Below are positions 57,184-64,000 of a stretch of DNA of 64,000 nt, piece after piece (positions within the stretch are counted from its first letter, which is position 1; each line of letters opens with the position of its first letter). The DNA lies in the IMG/VR virus record IMGVR_UViG_3300047200_000500, positions 105,622 through 169,621 of that record, one strand, 5' to 3'. Position numbers and translations under genes: made by a program. This stretch comes from a virus. The notes below the pieces were generated by a model that saw only the letters and a program-made list of their open reading frames with translations, made no database searches and was not told where the DNA came from.

Positions 57184-57372
57184 ATGAAAATCACTAAAAT
57201 AACGCGAGAAGTGTGGCATTCAGAGGAAGAATTAAATAATAGAAAATTAACCACTACATTTAGTATTGACATTGAGCCACATGAGCTTCCAGAATTGGAA
57301 AAGAACTTTATTGTAGCTGGTTTAGGAGATATAAAACCAATATTAAGAGAATTAATAAAAAACATAAAATAA
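57184..57372 (+). CDS. small hypothetical protein
   Basis: 62 aa, GTATTT motif 13 nt upstream. Confidence 0.5.
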   Translation: MKITKITREVWHSEEELNNRKLTTTFSIDIEPHELPELEKNFIVAGLGDIKPILRELIKNIK

Positions 57373-57427
57373 TTGTTAGTTTAATTTGAATTTGATTTAA
57401 TAAACGGCCAACCTGACGGAGCATAAG

Positions 57428-57877
57428 ATGAACTTGCTATTCTACGGATTAGTTTCTGAACAATCAGAAAATAAATCTAAATCACTTAAAATGCGTGGTC
57501 ATTTCATTCATCTAAAACCAATTGAAATAGTTAAATCAGAGCCTCAACGATATTTGATAAGTGATGATGAAGTGTTAAGTGAACAAAAATTTATTTCCAA
57601 AAAATTTCAGTCCGAGATTCCAATATTTTTTAAAATTAAGATGCCAAATGATATAGCGTACATTAAGGCATTTTGTGATAAATGCAAGACATGCATATAT
57701 GCTAATGATCATTTATCTGGCTCAATAATAGAATGCAAATGCAAGCATAAATTAAGATTAGGAAATTTTGATATTAATTCTTTTACGGAATTTAAAAAAG
57801 ATGCATTTCTTAGGTCTGACTCATTCTTCAAAAGCAAATTCGCAACTATGATTGACAATTATCAGATGTGCACATAA
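57428..57877 (+). CDS. hypothetical Zn-finger protein
   Basis: CDKC..CKC; GGAG SD. Confidence 0.5.
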   Translation: MNLLFYGLVSEQSENKSKSLKMRGHFIHLKPIEIVKSEPQRYLISDDEVLSEQKFISKKFQSEIPIFFKIKMPNDIAYIKAFCDKCKTCIYANDHLSGSIIECKCKHKLRLGNFDINSFTEFKKDAFLRSDSFFKSKFATMIDNYQMCT

Positions 57878-58154
57878 GGATTTCTCTAATTCCTAATTTT
57901 AATGGACATTCACCAAGTCCATGATATTCTCCCAATAAATATATTGCAAATTTCTTGTCATTAACCGATTCTCTGATATCGCGATTTTTATGGGGTCCAA
58001 ACCACATAATATATTCTGGTTTCATTTTGCTTAAATTACCATAAATTATTTTAATTTTTTCATTTATTTGCTGTTCATCTAATCCATCAAAATATAGTAA
58101 GCATTTTTCGCATATATCATTATTGGACTCCATATCGCAATATTTACAGACCAT
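57846..58154 (-). CDS. small Zn-finger protein with DUF3820-like motif
   Basis: CKYC..CEKC; MWFGPHK..DI.E. Confidence 0.45.
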   Translation of the reverse strand: MVCKYCDMESNNDICEKCLLYFDGLDEQQINEKIKIIYGNLSKMKPEYIMWFGPHKNRDIRESVNDKKFAIYLLGEYHGLGECPLKLGIREILMCTSDNCQS

Positions 58155-58162
58155 ATTAATAT

Positions 58163-59101
58163 TTACTTATAATATTTTAATTTGTAATTCATTCCAGGGA
58201 TATTAATAGCATAATCATGTATATAGTTTAATATATTATCTATTAATTCTTTATTAATGACTATATAATATTTATTGCATGAAGAATGCAATTGTAATCT
58301 TGGTTTTTTTGTATTAAATTTATCAGATAACCATTCTGATATTAATTCGGTATGTTCAGTTGAAAAACCTTGAGTTGATAATGATCCACCACATTTCCCA
58401 AAATAACCATCATCAAAAAACCAAATTGCTACACTAATGTCATTTAATTTATTCAAAAAATTAAGATTTGGAGATTTAATATTATTAATATATAATTCTC
58501 TATGAATATTATTAATGTATTCATTTACCATTGTGGTAAAATTCATGCACTCTTTTCCATACATTCTTTCATCGTACTCATAAATTTTTGGTTTTGTATT
58601 TATTATAGTTTTTAATTTTCCATATTTCCATTTTAAATATTTATATTGTTTTGGACCATGAACAAACCTCATTCTACAATTATTTGATGATGTTCTTGAA
58701 ATTGTTGCATCTCCAAGGATTGCTCCATTTAAAATTTGTTTTTGTTCTTCTGTTAATTCAATATTTAATTTTCTATTATTAAATTTTAAATTATTCTTAT
58801 GCATCAATGAAATTACTGTACTATATGTTAAATTTAACATATTAGAAATTTCTGTTGGTGATTTTTTATCATTAAACAATGAAATTATTTCTTTTATGTT
58901 ATAGTCATACTTTAATGCGCCGCATTTTATAGAACAATACTTTGCAGTCCTGTAACCCAAAAATTCTTCATTACATCTTTTACATATTTTTATTCTTCTT
59001 CTTCCTTTATTTTTACAATTTGTGCAATATTTAGTAAATGGTAGTGAACTGTCAAATGTTATATCACATACTTTGCATTTAATTTTGAAATTTGTGTTCA
59101 T
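58163..59101 (-). CDS. LAGLIDADG homing endonuclease with N-terminal Zn fingers
   Basis: ILNGAILGDATI, YLKWK, IWFFDDG, LSTQGFS. Confidence 0.85.
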   Translation of the reverse strand: MNTNFKIKCKVCDITFDSSLPFTKYCTNCKNKGRRRIKICKRCNEEFLGYRTAKYCSIKCGALKYDYNIKEIISLFNDKKSPTEISNMLNLTYSTVISLMHKNNLKFNNRKLNIELTEEQKQILNGAILGDATISRTSSNNCRMRFVHGPKQYKYLKWKYGKLKTIINTKPKIYEYDERMYGKECMNFTTMVNEYINNIHRELYINNIKSPNLNFLNKLNDISVAIWFFDDGYFGKCGGSLSTQGFSTEHTELISEWLSDKFNTKKPRLQLHSSCNKYYIVINKELIDNILNYIHDYAINIPGMNYKLKYYK

Positions 59102-59132
59102 CGTTTATATTTGATAATGTATATAATATTTC

Positions 59133-60245
59133 ATGACATTGGCTCATATATTAAGACCAAACACTTTATCTGAAATAATCGGACAAAAACATCTACTTAA
59201 TGATAATAGACCAATTAGCGCAATGGCTAAATCTAAAAAATTGGTTAGTTTTATATTATGGGGGCCAACAGGATGTTCAAAAACTACAATAGTTAGAGCG
59301 TTGGCTAATGATGCAGGATATGAATTTAAAGAATTAGACGCAACAGAAGCAAAAGTTGCTGATATTAGAAAAATATTAGAAATTGCAGAAGCAAGATTAA
59401 AATTAGGAACAAAATATTTATTACTGGTACAAGAATTTCACAGGTTCAGCAAAAACGTACAGGACGTTTTGCTTCCAGCAGTAGAAGAAGGAATAATAGT
59501 GTTAGCTGGAACAACTACAGAAAAACCTGCTTTTTCCGTTAATCCTGCTATTTTGAGCAGAGTTCTTGTCTTTGAAACTAAATTAATGGAACGTAATGAA
59601 ATGATCCAATTAATGTTGAAGGTTTTTAAATATTATAAGAATAAAGGTAGAACAATCACGATAGATCAGCAAGCAGTGTTGGATCTGGTTTCAAAATGTA
59701 GTGGAGATCCAAGAAAATTAATGAATGTTTTAGAAACTATAATTGAAACTATGATTGATGGTAATGGATCAATAGAGAAAGAAATGATCGATATGGTAAT
59801 ACCTTGCAAACATTTGTATCTTGATCCTAATGGTAATGAACATTATAATTATGCCTCTGCATGGCAAAATTCAGTGCAAAATTCTGATGTTGACCAAGCA
59901 CTATATTTTTTAGGTAAATGGTTGTTAAGTGGTGAGGATGCTCGTTTTATAGCGCGTAGAATTCTAATTTCTGCTTCAGAAGATGCTGCACATAGTCAAA
60001 TGGCCCAAATTTGTGCTTTAAATGCCCACATAGCTGCTCGTGATATTGGTTACCCAGAATGTAAGATACCAATGGCACTAGCTACAATAGAAATAACCAG
60101 AACTAAGCGTGACAAATTCGCCAATGACGCAATAAATAAAGTTATTCATGATATAGAGAATGGTGTTGATATAATGGTCCCAATAGAATTACGTGCCGGA
60201 AATCACGATGGATATGTAAAATTAATTAATAAAAAATACATATAA
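59133..60245 (+). CDS. rarA: replication-associated recombination protein A (RarA/MgsA) homologue
   Basis: LA..LRP.TL.EIIGQ.HL, GPTGCSKTT, EFHRF.K..QD.LLP, GTTTE.P.F.VN.A.LSR, GED..FIARR..ISASED, IGYPE. Confidence 0.85.
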   Translation: MTLAHILRPNTLSEIIGQKHLLNDNRPISAMAKSKKLVSFILWGPTGCSKTTIVRALANDAGYEFKELDATEAKVADIRKILEIAEARLKLGTKYLLLVQEFHRFSKNVQDVLLPAVEEGIIVLAGTTTEKPAFSVNPAILSRVLVFETKLMERNEMIQLMLKVFKYYKNKGRTITIDQQAVLDLVSKCSGDPRKLMNVLETIIETMIDGNGSIEKEMIDMVIPCKHLYLDPNGNEHYNYASAWQNSVQNSDVDQALYFLGKWLLSGEDARFIARRILISASEDAAHSQMAQICALNAHIAARDIGYPECKIPMALATIEITRTKRDKFANDAINKVIHDIENGVDIMVPIELRAGNHDGYVKLINKKYI

Positions 60246-60274
60246 TTTAATTTTTGTAAAATATAGGTTACACC

Positions 60275-63200
60275 ATGTGTAATCTAGTTCAAATTAGCAC
60301 TCCGTATTTTAGAGCGCTTACTTTAAAAGTAATAGGCACAGATGTTGTTGTATCAGATTATCTGATGGTTAACATTGACATATTTTGTGGAATATTGGAT
60401 TTGAAAAAACGAGTAATAGCAATAGCTGATGATGGAGATATTCCAGATAGGTTAAAAAATGAAAATAACTTAAGAAAAGCAGTACATGATAATGGAATTC
60501 CTTTTGTAAAACATTATCTTGTATTATTCGAAATAACTGTTGGATTTATTCTTGATCCCGATGCTATTTGTAATAAATTAAGAATCATTTTTGATGATAC
60601 TAGTTCTTATTCTAGTAGTATATCAAGTTTATCAAGTGAATCTATCTCTTCATTAAGCTCATTAAGTTTATCTAGTTTATCTTCTAGTAGTTTATCAAGT
60701 GAATCTATCTCTTCATTAAGCTCATTAAGTTCATCAAGCTCATTAAGCTCATTAAGCTCATCGTCTAGTAGTTTATCAAGTGAATCTATTTCTTCATTAA
60801 GTTCATCAAGCCTGTCAAGCGAATCTGTCTCTTCATCAAGTTCATTAAGTTCGTCAAGCCTGTCAAGTGAATCTATCTCTTCATCTAGTATATCAAGCGA
60901 ATCTATTTCAAGTGAATCTATTTCTTCATTAAGTTCATTAAGTTCGTCAAGTCTGTCAAGCCTGTCAAGCTCATCAAGCCTGTCAAGCGAATCTAGTTCA
61001 TCTGTTTTATCTTCTGCGATAATAGTTATTAATACAGTTAATGTTAGTCCAGGATCTACAGCATTTAATCAATTTAAATTACCATTATCTCCATCTGGTA
61101 TATATGATTTCATAGTATATTGGGGTGATGGAAATTTTGATATCATAACAGCTTATGATCAAGCTGAAATAACACACACTTATTTTCTCAATTCTTCATC
61201 TTCTTCATCACCATATAAATCGTCTAATTCATCATCTAATTCTAGCCCTAGTTCTGACTCATCAGCAAGTTTGTCTTCAATTTCAAATTTACTTTTTAGT
61301 CTATCGTCACTTTCTAGTGGATCGTTAAGCTCATCAAGCTCATCAAGCTCGTTAAGCTCATCAAGCTCATCAAGCTCATCAAGCTCATCAATAATATTGT
61401 CAAAGTCGTCGTTATCATCATTAAGTCTGTCGTCAAATTCATCTTCAAGCTCATCAACGATATTGTCAAAATCATCTGGTTCATCATTAAGTTTATCATC
61501 TGGTTCATCATTAAGTCTATCATCAAGTTCATCGTCAAATTCATCGTTAAGTTCATCGTTAAGTTCATTGAGTTCTTCAGATCATGTATATACAATTAGA
61601 ATTGAAGGAATTTTGGATGGATGGATTTTTAATGGTACAGGTGATTGTAAAAAATTGCTAAATATTACTCAATATGGTACATCATTACGATTTGGAAATT
61701 TAGGATATGAATTTCAGGGTTGTACCAGTTTAACAGCAGTTACAGCAACAGATACTCCATATATCGACAATAGTTCAATATTAACATCTTTATTTTCTGG
61801 ATGTTCAAATTTAACATCTGTAGACTCAATTTTATCTTGGGATCTATATAAAATATCATCGTTTAGTTATGTGTTTCAAAATGCATTATCCTTTAATCAA
61901 GATATTGGCGCTTTAAATACTAGTTCCTTTACTTATATTAAAGGATTATTGGCTGGGGCTGCATCATTTAATCAGGATATTTCACAATGGGACGTTAGTA
62001 ATGTTACAGATATGTCCGAAGTGTTTTTTAATGCTACCGCGTATAATAATAACAATGACAATGTAATAAACCCAAATACTGGACGTTCCGGACTTAATGG
62101 ATGGGATGTAAGCAATGTAACTGATCTGTCACAAATGTTTTATGGGGCATCCTCATTTAATCGCCCAATTGGTAATTGGTTCGATAGTGGTTTCTCAGCT
62201 ATTAGTATGGATAACATGTTCACCAATACTTTGGCTTTCAACCAGAATATGGATAGCTGGGCTGGTAAAGCGGTCGGGCCAACACTGGTAGGAATATTTG
62301 ATAATGCCACTGTATTCAACAACGGCCTTGCTGCTGGTGTAGCTGGTCTGATGCTGTGGGATCCAAAGACTGTTATTTACGACCAGATGTTCCGATTGGC
62401 AGCAAAGTTTAATGGCGAGGTAAGCCAGTGGGATATGTCAAACGCCACACGTATTTCGGAAATGTTCCGCCTGTGCGGTGTGTGGAACAACGGCGCTAAC
62501 ACCACTATCAACCCGATAACGGGCCGTACAGGCATCGACGGTTGGGATGTGGGTAATGTGACTTCTTTCTCTAGTGCATTCGCCCAGAACCCCGTATTCG
62601 ACAGGCCCCTCACCAATTGGAATGTTAGTAATGGTGTTAATTTCAGTCATATGTTCAACGCATGTGCTGCGTTCAATCAGCCATTGATCTCCTGGGATAT
62701 GAGGAAAGCGTATTACACCAGTGGCATGTTTTGGCTCTGCAATGTCTTTAACCAGCCGATTGGTGCATGGGTGTTCAACGACCTACATGAGTGCGCCAGC
62801 ATGTTCCAGAGTGCTCTCGCATTCAATCAGGACATCGGCTCATGGGACATGAGCAAGGTCAATCTTGCTAGCGGAATGTTTAATGGTGCAACCGCATTCA
62901 ACAACGGTGGAAGTAACAGCATCAAAAACTGGCAGATGGGCCTTGTCACCAATTTGTTTCTCATGTTTGGGTCTGCTACTGCATTCAATCAGCCAATCGG
63001 TGCATGGGACCTCAGCGCAGCAGTCAGTATGGACCAGATGTTCACCAACGCATCGGCGTTCAATCAAAACCTCGACGGTTGGGCCGGGAAGGCGGTCGGG
63101 CCGACGTTGACGACCGTGCAGGCAATGTTCGACGCTGCCTCAAACTTCAACAACGGCCTCGCCTCGGGTGTGGCGGGGTTGATGCTCTGGGATCCGAAGA

Positions 63201-64000
63201 CCGTCAAGTATGGGCAGATGTTCCGGTCCTGCGCGAAGTTCAATGGTGAGTTGAGTCAGTGGGACATGTCGAACGCGACCAGTATTTCCGAAATGTTGCG
63301 GTTATGCACTGTGTTCAACAACGGCGCGAATACAGCCATCAACCCCTATACGGGCCGCACTGGAATCGACGGCTGGGATGTGAGCAAGGTGACAACTTTC
63401 TCCAGCGCCTTCGGTCAGGCGGTGGCCTTCAATCGCCCTATTGGTAACTGGAATGTCGGGAATGGAGTCAACTTCAGCTTCATGTTCCTGCTGGATGCTC
63501 TGTTCAATCAGCCCCTCAACGCCTGGGACATGCGGAAGGCTTACTACACGAATGGGATGTTCCAGGGCTGCACGGCATTCAACCAGCCGCTCGGGGGGTG
63601 GGTATTCAACGATCTTCACGAGTGCTCTACGATGTTCACAAACTGCAATGTGTTCGATCAGGACATCGGCTCATGGGATATGAGCAAGGTGACAGTTTGC
63701 GGTGCCATGTTCTGGAATGCCCTCGCCTTCAACAATGGAGGATCTGATAGCATCAAGAATTGGAACATGGGTGCGGCGAAGGACATGAATAGTATCTTCC
63801 GCAATGCCCGTGCCTTCAACCAACCCATCGGCCTCTGGGATGTGTCGAAGAATACCAACGGCTATTCGATGTTTGCTGATGCGTGGTCTTTCAACCAGCC
63901 GCTAGACACCTGGAATGTGGGCAAGGTGACAACCATGTTGTCCATGTTTCAGCAGGCGAGCGTGTTCAACCAAGATTTGTCTAAGTGGGACACTCGATCG
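60275..64000 (+). CDS. giant adhesin/tail-fibre-like protein: poly-Ser tracts, PKD-like domain, DUF285 (BspA-type) repeats; 3'-truncated by window end
   Basis: ATG 60275; same frame confirmed at 61022, 61583, 62102, 63182, 63962; WGDG..THTY; many FNQ.I..WD.S.V..M..MF repeats; absent from track because it has no stop. Confidence 0.85.
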   Translation, partial: MCNLVQISTPYFRALTLKVIGTDVVVSDYLMVNIDIFCGILDLKKRVIAIADDGDIPDRLKNENNLRKAVHDNGIPFVKHYLVLFEITVGFILDPDAICNKLRIIFDDTSSYSSSISSLSSESISSLSSLSLSSLSSSSLSSESISSLSSLSSSSSLSSLSSSSSSLSSESISSLSSSSLSSESVSSSSSLSSSSLSSESISSSSISSESISSESISSLSSLSSSSLSSLSSSSSLSSESSSSVLSSAIIVINTVNVSPGSTAFNQFKLPLSPSGIYDFIVYWGDGNFDIITAYDQAEITHTYFLNSSSSSSPYKSSNSSSNSSPSSDSSASLSSISNLLFSLSSLSSGSLSSSSSSSSLSSSSSSSSSSSSIILSKSSLSSLSLSSNSSSSSSTILSKSSGSSLSLSSGSSLSLSSSSSSNSSLSSSLSSLSSSDHVYTIRIEGILDGWIFNGTGDCKKLLNITQYGTSLRFGNLGYEFQGCTSLTAVTATDTPYIDNSSILTSLFSGCSNLTSVDSILSWDLYKISSFSYVFQNALSFNQDIGALNTSSFTYIKGLLAGAASFNQDISQWDVSNVTDMSEVFFNATAYNNNNDNVINPNTGRSGLNGWDVSNVTDLSQMFYGASSFNRPIGNWFDSGFSAISMDNMFTNTLAFNQNMDSWAGKAVGPTLVGIFDNATVFNNGLAAGVAGLMLWDPKTVIYDQMFRLAAKFNGEVSQWDMSNATRISEMFRLCGVWNNGANTTINPITGRTGIDGWDVGNVTSFSSAFAQNPVFDRPLTNWNVSNGVNFSHMFNACAAFNQPLISWDMRKAYYTSGMFWLCNVFNQPIGAWVFNDLHECASMFQSALAFNQDIGSWDMSKVNLASGMFNGATAFNNGGSNSIKNWQMGLVTNLFLMFGSATAFNQPIGAWDLSAAVSMDQMFTNASAFNQNLDGWAGKAVGPTLTTVQAMFDAASNFNNGLASGVAGLMLWDPKTVKYGQMFRSCAKFNGELSQWDMSNATSISEMLRLCTVFNNGANTAINPYTGRTGIDGWDVSKVTTFSSAFGQAVAFNRPIGNWNVGNGVNFSFMFLLDALFNQPLNAWDMRKAYYTNGMFQGCTAFNQPLGGWVFNDLHECSTMFTNCNVFDQDIGSWDMSKVTVCGAMFWNALAFNNGGSDSIKNWNMGAAKDMNSIFRNARAFNQPIGLWDVSKNTNGYSMFADAWSFNQPLDTWNVGKVTTMLSMFQQASVFNQDLSKWDTRS
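60602..61016 (+). repeat. Ser-rich tract 1 (SSESISSLSS units)
   Basis: repeated TCAAG(T/C)GAATCTAT(C/T)TCTTCATTAAG. Confidence 0.9.
61190..61579 (+). repeat. Ser-rich tract 2
   Basis: repeated TCATCAAGC/TCGTTAAGC units. Confidence 0.9.
62200..63860 (+). repeat. two diverged ~831-bp (277-aa) super-repeats within DUF285 array
   Basis: MLWDPKT 62351/63182, WDMRKAYYT 62693/63524, QDIGSWDMSKV 62828/63659. Confidence 0.85.

Noticed and set aside
54520-61579. CRISPR array
   Set aside because: Repeats are contiguous, in-frame Ser codons with no unique spacers
54514-61595. Alternate-frame/antisense ORFs (HHQAHHQA, MMSLMMSL) at 54514, 54589, 61314
   Set aside because: Shadows of the poly-Ser codon repeats
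62140-63858. Short ORFs in the track over the right end
   Set aside because: Shadows of the long DUF285 ORF, favoured by higher GC
62200-63860. Diversity-generating retroelement TR/VR pair
   Set aside because: Differences between the two super-repeats are mostly synonymous and affect all bases, not adenine-specific; no reverse transcriptase in the window
1-64000. Stop-codon reassignment (code 15/4) as in some huge phages
   Set aside because: Standard-code ORFs tile the window densely and conserved enzymes (Gmd, DegT, dUTPase) are full length; TAG and TGA end genes normally

Overview
AT-rich (roughly 30% GC by eye), densely coding 64 kb segment of a large, T4-like (jumbo/huge) myovirus genome read in the standard bacterial code. 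No rRNA, tRNA or CRISPR array was seen. It holds a contractile-tail module (tape measure, tube-like, gp53/LysM wedge, gp19-like tube, hub, P2 gpI-like wedge), several large tail-fibre/adhesin proteins (collagen, LamG, dockerin, beta-propeller repeats) and an unlisted >1240-codon poly-Ser/PKD-like/DUF285 ORF running off the right end. It also carries a gp2-like DNA end protector, four free-standing homing-endonuclease-like genes, a sigma-70-like factor, a minimal ATP-dependent ligase, dUTPase, RarA, a MoxR AAA/vWA pair, adenosine deaminase and a cold-shock protein. The best candidate for a new system is a dispersed but apparently complete GDP-N-acetylperosamine pathway (gmd, Per-like aminotransferase, PerB/NeuD-like acetyltransferase) with five glycosyltransferase-like genes interleaved with tail-fibre genes, alongside fibre proteins bearing long poly-serine tracts. 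I infer this to be a phage-encoded virion O-glycosylation system. Recurrent upstream motifs suggest a three-tier promoter programme with largely leaderless late and middle mRNAs. All family assignments come from motif recognition by eye, not database searches.
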